Source: Candidatus Babelota bacterium (lineage in GTDB: Bacteria; Babelota; Babeliae; Babelales; Vermiphilaceae). From it: a stretch of DNA of 64,000 nucleotides. The notes below the pieces were generated by a model. That model made no database searches. It saw only the letters and a list, made by a program, of their open reading frames with translations, and was not told the DNA's origin. The stretch's first letter is position 1. Every line of letters begins with the position of its first letter. This document shows, piece by piece, positions 47,046 through 55,373 of the stretch. Location: positions 25,129 through 89,128 of the forward strand of contig JAJCZE010000016.1 in the NCBI GenBank assembly GCA_029262555.1, read 5' to 3'. The position numbers and the translations under genes are program-made.

Positions 47046-48017
47046 ATGAATATTCACACTTCAATCTTCACATTTATTGATCAAGAAAATCTGATTCCTG
47101 AAGGCTCAACTATTGTGTTGGGCCTTTCGGGCGGCCCTGATTCTGTTTATTTGCTACACCTTCTTTTGACGCTCAAAAAAGAAGGCCGTATCCAGCAAAT
47201 TATCGTAGCTCATTTGGATCATGAGTGGCGTACCAATTCTCAAAACGATACCGATTTTTGCAAGGCACTTGCGCAATCGAATGAACTACCATTTGAAACG
47301 GCAAAAATGTCAGAGCTTTCAATTGATCTTAAGTGGGACGGCTCTAAAGAGCAAATAGCTCGAACTGCTCGTCGATTCTTTTTAGAATCAGTGGCGCAGC
47401 AGTATTCTGCAGATGCAATCGCATTAGGGCAACATGCGCAAGATCAACAAGAAACATTTTTCATTCGCCTACTACGCGGTACAAGCTTAAGTGGTCTCTG
47501 CGGAATATGGCCAAAGCGAGGATTATATATTCGCCCGCTTTTGCACACTAATAAAGCAGACATTCATGCCTACTTGGAACGCAATGGCATTGCGTATCTT
47601 GAAGATCCAAGCAATCAAGAACAATCATTTTTACGTAATCGCATTCGTGCGCACGTTATTCCTGCGTTAAAGCAGGCTGACGATCGATTTGATAGTTCAT
47701 TTGAACAAACAATTGATCGGCTCCAACAAACAGAAGCGTACCTCGATCAGCATGCAAAGCAGCTCCTCGAAGCAATGAGCAATCAACGCGATTCGATTTA
47801 CCACGTAGACGTGAAACAACTCCTTGCCCAACCACTCATCATGCAATCGCGATTAATTATCCTTTGGCTCACGCAATCAAACGTACAGTTTCCCGTTACG
47901 CAAACCTTTATTAATGAAATTCTGCGATTCTTGCAATCCCCTCAGGGAGGATCTCATGCTCTGCATGAAACATGGAAAATCATAAAAAAGCAGGGTATCG
48001 CATCCATTCAAAAATAA
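47046..48017 (+). CDS. tilS: tRNA(Ile)-lysidine synthase
   Basis: PP-loop GLSGGPDSVYL, HLDHEWR, and the overall N-type ATP-pyrophosphatase layout. Confidence 0.9.
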   Translation: MNIHTSIFTFIDQENLIPEGSTIVLGLSGGPDSVYLLHLLLTLKKEGRIQQIIVAHLDHEWRTNSQNDTDFCKALAQSNELPFETAKMSELSIDLKWDGSKEQIARTARRFFLESVAQQYSADAIALGQHAQDQQETFFIRLLRGTSLSGLCGIWPKRGLYIRPLLHTNKADIHAYLERNGIAYLEDPSNQEQSFLRNRIRAHVIPALKQADDRFDSSFEQTIDRLQQTEAYLDQHAKQLLEAMSNQRDSIYHVDVKQLLAQPLIMQSRLIILWLTQSNVQFPVTQTFINEILRFLQSPQGGSHALHETWKIIKKQGIASIQK

Positions 48018-48085
48018 TGTTTCACCCGCATCATTAAATACGTTACTCTATGGGGCAGCAAAGCATAACTCAAGGAGAGAGAGTA

Positions 48086-49030
48086 ATGAAAAGCACCCTG
48101 CGCCCCTACCATCAACTGATTATTATTGCCATCATTCTGCTTATTCACGGCAGCATGCTGATGACGTTTGTGCTCATTCAGTTTCAATCTCATTCTATGA
48201 ATATGCCTGCCCAAGAAGCACTTGTGACTATTGAGCAAGAAGCGCCCCCTGAGGATCATAATTGGGTGGCTATGAATAATGCACTGCCTAACTCGCAGCA
48301 CATTGCACAAGAGGTGCAAGAACAGCCAGCGCAGCCACAAGAAAAGCAAGAAGAAATGGCACAAGATGAGACAGCTTCAGAACAAGAGCAATCTCATTCA
48401 GAAAAAAATGAAAAAGAATCGGAAATAGATATCACCGAACATTCTCTTGATGATGCAATTGCCGTTGCATCTAGAATGCTCAAAGCTGTCCAGGAAAAAA
48501 AATCAGAAACACCCGAAGAGCAAAAGCCTGCTGAACCTACACAAGCAACGCAACACACAAAAAGCCCCTCTGAATCAAAACAAATACCAACGCTTGCACA
48601 AATAACTCAAGGATTTGTGGAGCATTTACAACAAGCAGACATGGCAGTAAAAAGCAATCAAGACGGCGTTGCAAGCATTGATCAAATCAAGCATTTAAAT
48701 TATTGCCAAAAAATTCTGGGGTGTGTCGTAAATGCGTATCAAATATCGAATCATACCGCTCCAAATAAATCTATGCTGGCAAAACGAGCACGTATCAAAC
48801 TCGCATTAAATAGAAACGGCTCTATTGCAAACTTATACCTTCAAGCATCATCCGGAGATTCTGCTGTAGATAAATTTTTAATTGATATGTTTCGAGAAGC
48901 CAGTAGCTCATTCCCACCCGTTCCTGCAGCACTCACAGAGAGCCCCTATCAACTCCCATCATTCTCTATTGATACGCTCGAAGTATTTCGTTCAACGCGA
49001 GGATGGCATATCGATAATACATCGATTTAA
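48086..49030 (+). CDS. TonB/TolA-like membrane protein
   Basis: AAGGAGAGAGAG RBS. One N-terminal TM helix (LIIIAIILLIHGSMLMTFVLI) and a Glu/Gln/Pro/Lys-rich linker. The C-terminal domain resembles TonB_C (ARIKLALNRNGSIANLYLQASSGDSAVDKFLIDMFREASSSFPPVP). Confidence 0.6.
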   Translation: MKSTLRPYHQLIIIAIILLIHGSMLMTFVLIQFQSHSMNMPAQEALVTIEQEAPPEDHNWVAMNNALPNSQHIAQEVQEQPAQPQEKQEEMAQDETASEQEQSHSEKNEKESEIDITEHSLDDAIAVASRMLKAVQEKKSETPEEQKPAEPTQATQHTKSPSESKQIPTLAQITQGFVEHLQQADMAVKSNQDGVASIDQIKHLNYCQKILGCVVNAYQISNHTAPNKSMLAKRARIKLALNRNGSIANLYLQASSGDSAVDKFLIDMFREASSSFPPVPAALTESPYQLPSFSIDTLEVFRSTRGWHIDNTSI

Positions 49031-49105
49031 CACAAACAGTTCACACGCTCATCATGCCTATGCTAGCGTAATGCTATCACCAGTTTCTGATTACGGAGAT
49101 ATACT

Positions 49106-49669
49106 ATGAAACTGCAGCTAGTATTGATTCTTTTTGCCACCAGTTCACTCCAAGGAGTTGTCCCAACCGATTGCCTTATTTCAGTAGCGCCTCATTGGCA
49201 AAGCGTAGAAAGTAGCTGTAAATATGAAGATGAATTTTGCAGCAAATTAATGCTCGTCGGCAGCGTTACGTTTCGCAAAAAATCAAAAGAGCCGATGAAA
49301 TTACAAACAATGCGCGTGGCATGGCATGGCAAGCGCATTGAGCATCTTGATGGATCACTCTATACAAAAATTCCCGGCAAAAAATTTCTTCCTATTGAAA
49401 AAAATCTTGTATCCGATAGTAATTGGAATAAAGCACGCCAAGAACTGATTTTTAACTTTCAAAACAACCCGCAAACACTGGGGCCTACAAGTATATTTTA
49501 TTTGGTTTTAACCGTGCCTGATTCAGTCGCTCAGACTCTTAAGGGCGGCCATTTTTCTGTGGTAAAACAAACGTTACCTCAATCATTTCAGCGCAAAGCT
49601 GGATCTTTGAGAATCGATCTTGCGCAGCTTTGCTCTGTACAAGATCGCAATCTTTCTGCCGCTGCATAA
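49106..49669 (+). CDS. Hypothetical secreted protein
   Basis: Signal-like MKLQLVLILFATSSLQG. No family recognised. Confidence 0.55.
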   Translation: MKLQLVLILFATSSLQGVVPTDCLISVAPHWQSVESSCKYEDEFCSKLMLVGSVTFRKKSKEPMKLQTMRVAWHGKRIEHLDGSLYTKIPGKKFLPIEKNLVSDSNWNKARQELIFNFQNNPQTLGPTSIFYLVLTVPDSVAQTLKGGHFSVVKQTLPQSFQRKAGSLRIDLAQLCSVQDRNLSAAA

Positions 49670-49785
49670 AATAAACTCTACAAATAAGTAATTAATTATT
49701 GCATTCAACGTATGCATCAATCAATCAGTTGCAAGCAAGTGTTCAGCTATGTATAATAAAAATCAGAACATGAATAATTTTTATC

Positions 49786-50145
49786 GTGAAAAAACTAATG
49801 AATTTTAAAGTCATACAAGAAGTAGCTAATATATTTTTCTTCACCAATATTTGCAATCCAGTTACTTGGTTTTTGGTGGGGGACATAGCGATTCTTTTAT
49901 TTAAAAAATCTATTTCTTCCGATGAAAAAGGTGCTCTTGTTTTTTTATATCGATTAAATATCGTAGTCGCATCTCTAGCAACTATTCTTATTGGAGGACT
50001 ACTTGCTCTTCTTGGCGGATCAGGTGGGGCCCCAATGCATGATTGGAAATATTTTGTATCGGGATTAAGTGCTGTATTTATCATATGGATGGTTGTACTA
50101 AGAAAAGCTTATTTATATCTATTATCAAAAGACTCTAAAAATTAG
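49786..50145 (+). CDS. Hypothetical small membrane protein
   Basis: Three hydrophobic helices. I prefer it over the overlapping minus-strand ORF 49743..50084, whose translation is low-complexity and Pro/Arg-rich. It starts at GTG. Confidence 0.5.
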   Translation: MKKLMNFKVIQEVANIFFFTNICNPVTWFLVGDIAILLFKKSISSDEKGALVFLYRLNIVVASLATILIGGLLALLGGSGGAPMHDWKYFVSGLSAVFIIWMVVLRKAYLYLLSKDSKN

Positions 50146-51005
50146 TCTCCCCTAGCCGTTCGCCCTGCCTGCCAGGCGTAGCCTTGGCGTAGACTGGAGC
50201 GTGTCGAAGGGTTCTGAGCGGAAAAAATTATTTTTCTAAATAACTGATCACCAACAACTCGATCTGAGTCTAAAATTTCTTTTGAAAAAGATGATATTTT
50301 ATACGCAAGCACAGACTCTATAAACGTATCTATTTTTTCATTTCGTGGAATGATATCGCTTTCTTGTGCAGTCGATTTTAAAGCAATCAGCTTCCCAATA
50401 TCTTGATCAAAATCTATATATGGAGCAAGCCCTGTTCGTAAGGATTTCATATCCATGGGGGGCAACGTGCCATGCACTTCAATCCATTTAAAAGCAAATG
50501 CCGGACGAATCGCATAGCAATACAATTTCACTTTCACGCTCTGCTCATCGCATTCTATTTGTTTCCAAATTGCCTGGAACAACTTATAATAATGCGTTTT
50601 TATATGCTCAAGATCGGCAGTTTTTTGAACATACTGCCAGAGCTCATCGACGATCGTTTTTTCTGTTTTATAAACAATGGGCGATTGCAACCATTCAATC
50701 AATATTGAATTTGATTTCAGCGCTAAATAAAGTGCTTTTCGAATATCCCACCCGTTTAAATCTAACGGCACTCCGAGCTGAGGATCGTGCAAAATATCAG
50801 TTTCTAATACATCTCTCTGCTGAATAATAGAAAAATAATCATCATAGGGCCGTACATATAAAAATCGCACATCATAATCGCTATCAACTGAGGGAAAGCC
50901 CCACGCACGACTGCCAGACTCTATTGCAAAAATAATAGTAACTTTATGCGTACTTTCAAACTCGGTCAGTTTTTGCGCGATATGATTGTTTATAGCGGTG
51001 GTCAT
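50142..51005 (-). CDS. COG3541 / pfam10127-type nucleotidyltransferase (Pol-beta superfamily), copy 1
   Basis: The NTase motif AIESGSRAWGFPSVDSDYDVRFLYV and LNGWDIRKALYLALKSNSILIEWLQSPIVY are typical of this family. The last 25 or so codons (...NPSTRSSLRQGYAWQAGRTARGD) come from a dispersed repeat. The start overlaps the stop of copy 2 (ATGA). Confidence 0.85.
   Translation of the reverse strand: MTTAINNHIAQKLTEFESTHKVTIIFAIESGSRAWGFPSVDSDYDVRFLYVRPYDDYFSIIQQRDVLETDILHDPQLGVPLDLNGWDIRKALYLALKSNSILIEWLQSPIVYKTEKTIVDELWQYVQKTADLEHIKTHYYKLFQAIWKQIECDEQSVKVKLYCYAIRPAFAFKWIEVHGTLPPMDMKSLRTGLAPYIDFDQDIGKLIALKSTAQESDIIPRNEKIDTFIESVLAYKISSFSKEILDSDRVVGDQLFRKIIFSAQNPSTRSSLRQGYAWQAGRTARGD
50146..50222. 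repeat. Solo arm of the palindromic element, with an internal insertion, embedded in a gene's 3' end
   Basis: The minus strand reads CCCTTCGACACGCTCCAG, then an insert of about 26 nt, then CAGGGCGAACGG. Compare the left arm of the 31233 element, CCCTTCGACAAGCTCAGGGCGAACGG. Confidence 0.5.
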
Positions 51006-52009
51006 GATAATTCTGCTTTTTGTATTTGTTGTAAATATGTCTTTTCAATAAAATCATCAATTAAATGTGGATCACTGGCCTCGGGTAACGTTGATTTCAA
51101 GGCAAGCGCTTCCACCTTGCCTACTAACTGTTCAATTTCTTGCAACACCTCATCATATGAGATGGTTCCTAATTTGATGGCAAATAAGCGCTCTCGCTCT
51201 GGACGTGGAAAAGTAAGGCGATGATCGGTAAGAAATTCCAATGCTTGATGCCCAATGCGAACTGCATGCGATAGCGCCTTCCAATCAGCCCCTGAGTTTT
51301 GTTCAGCCTGTTTTGCCCGGTCGCCATATTGATGAATAACGTTTTGCACAATTTGACGTGCATTTTTAATAGATGCATGAAATGCAATTTTTTTTCCGCA
51401 AACTTGCAGATGCTTCTCTGTAATACCATTTGGCTGCATAAACGAAGTTATTGAAAGATCTGAATGAGCAGAAACAACTGGCATCACTGTATCTATAGTT
51501 TTTACAAGCGGGGCCATTGTTCCATATGTTTGTTCTGCCGATAACAGCACTTCCAATACAGCTCGTGCTGCACTCAATTTTGATCCCTTTTTGCCATACT
51601 TATATGCCTGCTGCTTGCAATACGCCACAAACGATGCCGCTTGTTTAGTTAATAATTGCATCGATAATTTCTTCATCTCATTCCACAGATGATCTGGTGG
51701 CTCTAAAAAAGATGATTCGGGAGCAAAAAGCATTTCTAATGCAAAAGATTGCCCTTTGGCAACAGAACGCAAAAATTTTTCTGGGCTATACAACTCAAAA
51801 TCAGTATCGGTAGAATCATTTTTCTCTCCCAGCCCTTTACTTCGAGTGGCAACAATAACTGGCTCTACTCGCTGCAAAAGGATGTCACGAGCCGAAGGAA
51901 GATAAACGCCCTTGATGTCCAAATCTGATTGAGGGGTATTGGTGCCGTAAAGATGCGATCCATATCGTATCAGCACTATGGATTTATATTTTTTTTTATT
52001 TTGCATCAT
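51002..52009 (-). CDS. COG3541 / pfam10127-type nucleotidyltransferase, copy 2 (long form)
   Basis: The NTase motif YGSHLYGTNTPQSDLDIKGVY, ALEMLFAPES and the C-terminal helical region (YGDRAKQAEQNSGADWKALSHAVRIGHQALEFL) are typical of the family. I prefer an ATG at 52009 or 52006 over the TTG at 52018. Confidence 0.85.
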   Translation of the reverse strand: MMQNKKKYKSIVLIRYGSHLYGTNTPQSDLDIKGVYLPSARDILLQRVEPVIVATRSKGLGEKNDSTDTDFELYSPEKFLRSVAKGQSFALEMLFAPESSFLEPPDHLWNEMKKLSMQLLTKQAASFVAYCKQQAYKYGKKGSKLSAARAVLEVLLSAEQTYGTMAPLVKTIDTVMPVVSAHSDLSITSFMQPNGITEKHLQVCGKKIAFHASIKNARQIVQNVIHQYGDRAKQAEQNSGADWKALSHAVRIGHQALEFLTDHRLTFPRPERERLFAIKLGTISYDEVLQEIEQLVGKVEALALKSTLPEASDPHLIDDFIEKTYLQQIQKAELS

Positions 52010-52021
52010 ATATATCAATTA
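51854..52021. repeat. 168-bp direct repeat, copy 1 (5' end and start region of NTase copy 2)
   Basis: It aligns base for base with 52654-52821, an offset of exactly 800 bp, with about 11 mismatches by eye. The distal 90 bp or so has a single mismatch. Confidence 0.9.
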
Positions 52022-52143
52022 TTGAAAAAGTTTGTATCAATTCATCTGCCATGATTGAAATCGTCTCACAATGCCATTAATTACACTATCCAGTCGCCAG
52101 TATTAGCATTAAGTGGACCAAAAATATAGAAATGCTTTTTTAT

Positions 52144-52614
52144 TTATTTATCTTTTAAAATTCCTTGGTGCTGCTTTTCTTCATCAAAATATTTAATTAA
52201 AAAAGTTTTACTTAAAAAAGGATTTTTCTTATTGATTCTAACAAACTCTACCTCAAAACCGCATTTCTTATAAAAACCTGGAGCTTGAAAATGAGAGGTG
52301 ACAAGATTTATGTTGTTATATCCTTTGCCTTTGAAAAAACTCTCTAATTCTGTCAGCAATTTGCGCCCTAAATTTCTACGTCGATATGAAGGATGTACCC
52401 ATATATCATCAATATAAATTTCTGAAAACGCTGTATAGGCCTGCAAAGCTCCTATTACAATACCGCTTTTATCCTTCATTACAAAAATAATCTTTTTATA
52501 ATTGCAAACAATTCCCTTTTTAGTCTCATCATTTACATGTCCTTGATAAATCAAATCTTCTATACTCGAAGGAAGTTTATCAAGTTTTTCTATTATATAA
52601 CCCTGATTATTCAT
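52144..52614 (-). CDS. GNAT family N-acetyltransferase
   Basis: 156 aa with acetyl-CoA motif A (VHPSYRRRNLGRKLLTELESF) and the C-terminal FYKKCGFE. Confidence 0.88.
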   Translation of the reverse strand: MNNQGYIIEKLDKLPSSIEDLIYQGHVNDETKKGIVCNYKKIIFVMKDKSGIVIGALQAYTAFSEIYIDDIWVHPSYRRRNLGRKLLTELESFFKGKGYNNINLVTSHFQAPGFYKKCGFEVEFVRINKKNPFLSKTFLIKYFDEEKQHQGILKDK

Positions 52615-52647
52615 TATGCATTTCTTTTTTTACAATGTTTTGTTCAA

Positions 52648-52809
52648 TTAAAAAATAACCGGCTCTACTCGCTGCAAAAGAATGTCGCGAGACGAAGGAA
52701 GGTAGATGCCCTTAATGTCCAAATCTGATTGAGGAGTATTGGTACCGTAAAGATGCGATCCATATCGTATCAGCACTATGGATTTATATTTTTTTTTGTT
52801 TTGCATCAT
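52648..52809 (-). pseudogene. Truncated N-terminal fragment (53 codons) of a COG3541 nucleotidyltransferase
   Basis: It translates to MMQNKKKYKSIVLIRYGSHLYGTNTPQSDLDIKGIYLPSSRDILLQRVEPVIF-stop. This nearly matches the first 51 or so residues of the 51002..52009 product, then ends where the repeat ends. Confidence 0.8.
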
Positions 52810-52821
52810 ATATATCAATTA
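52654..52821. repeat. 168-bp direct repeat, copy 2
   Basis: See copy 1. This copy contains the stop codon of the 245-aa ORF and the NTase fragment. Confidence 0.9.
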
Positions 52822-53521
52822 CCTTTTGAGCGCATGCTTGTAATTCTTGAGCTAATAATTCATTGAATTTTGTTTTCTCGTCATTTTCATAAAGAATATT
52901 TGATAAACAATAAAGGCGTTTTAACTGAAGAAAAAGCGTATAGGATATTCCAGAGTAAACATCTGGATTTTCTAATATACAGCTACTTCGTGCTAAAAAA
53001 TTCTCTACGTTATTTGAAATGAAAAAACCTTCATTATGCTTACTCATTTTTTTTAAATAACCAATAAACGGCTCCACATGCTTTTCAATTAGTTCATTAG
53101 TATACTCAAGGCTATATTCACGCTCTGCTCCAATGATCGAAGGGATCTTGTTATTTTTTTTATGCAATTTTATCGATTTTTTAATATGTATGCTTAACCT
53201 TTTTGCAAGCTCACTAACTTCTTTCCATTGTTCTGTCTTTGAAAAATTATCAAGCATCTCATAGCCTATGATCAAAAAACTAAACATTTGAAATCTTTGG
53301 AATAACTCTAGACCGGTGATTCCGATGATTTGTTGAAAATCAGGAGCATGGCCTTCTAGGATATCAAAGCTCATTGAGCTCGGAAGCCCATGACAATCAA
53401 AACCACACCAAAAATCCATTTCCTGGATATTTTTCTCGATATTGGGATCTGCGATAAAATCAAGAGTGGAACACCATTCGTTTATAAGTATGCTATATAA
53501 GCGCTCATTAGAAAGATTCAC
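52784..53521 (-). CDS. Hypothetical protein (245 aa), AT-rich
   Basis: Uninterrupted ORF with a GTG start that overlaps (GTGA) the stop of a 37-codon upstream ORF. Its last 8 or so codons and its stop lie inside repeat copy 2. No family recognised. Confidence 0.6.
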   Translation of the reverse strand: MNLSNERLYSILINEWCSTLDFIADPNIEKNIQEMDFWCGFDCHGLPSSMSFDILEGHAPDFQQIIGITGLELFQRFQMFSFLIIGYEMLDNFSKTEQWKEVSELAKRLSIHIKKSIKLHKKNNKIPSIIGAEREYSLEYTNELIEKHVEPFIGYLKKMSKHNEGFFISNNVENFLARSSCILENPDVYSGISYTLFLQLKRLYCLSNILYENDEKTKFNELLAQELQACAQKVIDIYDAKQKKI

Positions 53522-53631
53522 TGAATGTATCGCCTTTGTAATAAAAGAAATTCAAGAATTCCTTTTGCCTCTTGAGTGGATTTATCTACGATAAGAAGTG
53601 CAAGATGAATCTTAATTACGTCGATATTCAT
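53518..53631 (-). CDS. Possible 37-aa leader or small protein coupled to the 245-aa ORF
   Basis: AAGAGG RBS 6 nt upstream of the ATG. The product is MNIDVIKIHLALLIVDKSTQEAKGILEFLLLQRRYIQ. Its stop overlaps the GTG start of the next ORF. It is below the ORF-track cutoff, and no homology is recognised. Confidence 0.4.
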   Translation of the reverse strand: MNIDVIKIHLALLIVDKSTQEAKGILEFLLLQRRYIQ

Positions 53632-53746
53632 ATATGGCCTCTTATATGCTATTTTTGAATTATGAGACTCACCTTTATAATATTATATAAGCCCATTTAT
53701 GACAATCTACTAAAACAGATGGTTTTTGTGGTTTAAAAAGGCAAAC

Positions 53747-54511
53747 ATGCATAATTTTCTTGATCTTATAAAAAGGCAAAAGGTTGCTGACGTAAAAAGG
53801 CTTCTTAAAGACGGCATTGATCCAAATATTCCAAAAATCATCTCAACTGATCCGTATGTGGTCGAACTATTCCCCTTAATCGTGGCTGTTAAAACTGGAA
53901 ATTTGGAGATCGTAAAACTCCTTATTGCACATGGAGCAAAGGTTGATGTAAGTACCATTTCTGATGGCCAAACGCCACTACACACTGCATTTTTTATTAA
54001 TGGCGACTATCCACAAGCCTTTACTCAAAAAGAGGGTGCGCAAAAAATAACTGAAATGGTCCATTATTTAGTTTCGCTCGGCGCAGATATAAATGCCGAA
54101 GGTGGATTTTGCCTTACCCCCTTTTTATTGGCAATAGACGCAGTAAAGAAGAAATGCGTCGATGTGAGCTTGCTGCAATATTTAATTGATCATGGTGCAG
54201 ATGTAAATAAAGTGCTTACGTGCGTTGATGAAAATAAATCTCGAACCACTGCGCTTGGCGCGGCAATAGAAGTGCATAGTTTAGATACAGGAGGACACCC
54301 CAAGTTCATAAACTTGGAGATTTTTGCATTGCTCATCAAAAACGGAGCTGACCCATCAATTAACCCAAAGGGATTTACTCCACTTCAAGAAGCGTTCGAT
54401 ATACAAGAACAATTGCAAAACAACTTAACCAACTTGAAACAACAAATTAATAACGCTGAGAAAATTGTTGAATATTTAAAATCCGCAACGCAAATCAATA
54501 ACAATGAATAA
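53747..54511 (+). CDS. Ankyrin-repeat protein
   Basis: ANK units such as FPLIVAVKTGNLEIVKLLIAHGAKVD and QTPLHTAFF. I prefer the ATG at 53747 over the TTG at 53726. The stop overlaps the next start. Confidence 0.88.
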   Translation: MHNFLDLIKRQKVADVKRLLKDGIDPNIPKIISTDPYVVELFPLIVAVKTGNLEIVKLLIAHGAKVDVSTISDGQTPLHTAFFINGDYPQAFTQKEGAQKITEMVHYLVSLGADINAEGGFCLTPFLLAIDAVKKKCVDVSLLQYLIDHGADVNKVLTCVDENKSRTTALGAAIEVHSLDTGGHPKFINLEIFALLIKNGADPSINPKGFTPLQEAFDIQEQLQNNLTNLKQQINNAEKIVEYLKSATQINNNE

Positions 54512-55223
54512 AGTTACCGAACTCATCCAAACAATTAAGTCAAATGACGAAGTACTGGTCGAAAAACTTCTCACGCAGGGTGCAGATCCAAATGGGTATA
54601 TGCCTGAAGCAGATACACGTATCTTTACAGGAGCAACTACTCCTTTAATGGCTGCATCCCGTCAAAAAAATACCGCAATTTTAAAACTTCTCGTTCGATT
54701 TGGCCTTACAATACAAGGAGCTGAACCATTGCGTGCTGCAATCGCTCCAAACTATTTATTGCAAGCTCGAATTTCACAAGACGAGGTTCGCATGCGTACG
54801 ATGGAAACAATAAAATATTTAGTCTATCACGGTGCTGATTTGAATGCCCCTGATGAGCTCTTCGAACTAACACCATTCTTGATGGCGATCTATGAAAATG
54901 ACCTAGAATTAGTAGCATTTTTTATTGATCAGGGTGCAATTATAAATCAAATCTCAAAAAAACGAAATACAAAACTGGTTACTCCCCTTTTAGCTGCCAT
55001 TGAAACACATTCAGCTCCAATAGTTAAGCTGCTCTTGAAACATGGAGGAAACGCGAATCAAATCGTTGAACATAAAGAGCCGCTTCAATACTCTCGAGAT
55101 ACGCTTACATTACTTAAAACTAATGCCAATAAAATACAAAAACTATCTACCAACAACGATAAAATTATCGATCTATTGGTTCGTAACGGCGCCAAGACTG
55201 ATTATCCATGGATAGATAAATAA
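54504..55223 (+). CDS. Ankyrin-repeat protein
   Basis: ANK units: TTPLMAASRQKNTAILKLLVRFG, TPFLMAIYENDLELVAFFIDQGA and VTPLLAAIETHSAPIVKLLLKHGGNAN. Confidence 0.88.
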   Translation: MNKVTELIQTIKSNDEVLVEKLLTQGADPNGYMPEADTRIFTGATTPLMAASRQKNTAILKLLVRFGLTIQGAEPLRAAIAPNYLLQARISQDEVRMRTMETIKYLVYHGADLNAPDELFELTPFLMAIYENDLELVAFFIDQGAIINQISKKRNTKLVTPLLAAIETHSAPIVKLLLKHGGNANQIVEHKEPLQYSRDTLTLLKTNANKIQKLSTNNDKIIDLLVRNGAKTDYPWIDK

Positions 55224-55373
55224 CAATTGATATAAACTTTCAAATAGTCGGCTTCTGAACTTAAAAAGTACCAATACCACCTCTCACAGAGCTCATCAAA
55301 GCCCCTTTTTACTAAAATGTCCCTATTTGATATATTATTCATAAGAATATAATTGTTATTTTCCTTAGGGGTT

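Noticed and set aside
49743-50084. A 113-aa minus-strand ORF overlapping the small membrane protein gene.
   Set aside because: Its translation is Pro/Arg/Ser-rich and unstructured with no RBS. The plus-strand frame encodes three clean hydrophobic helices.
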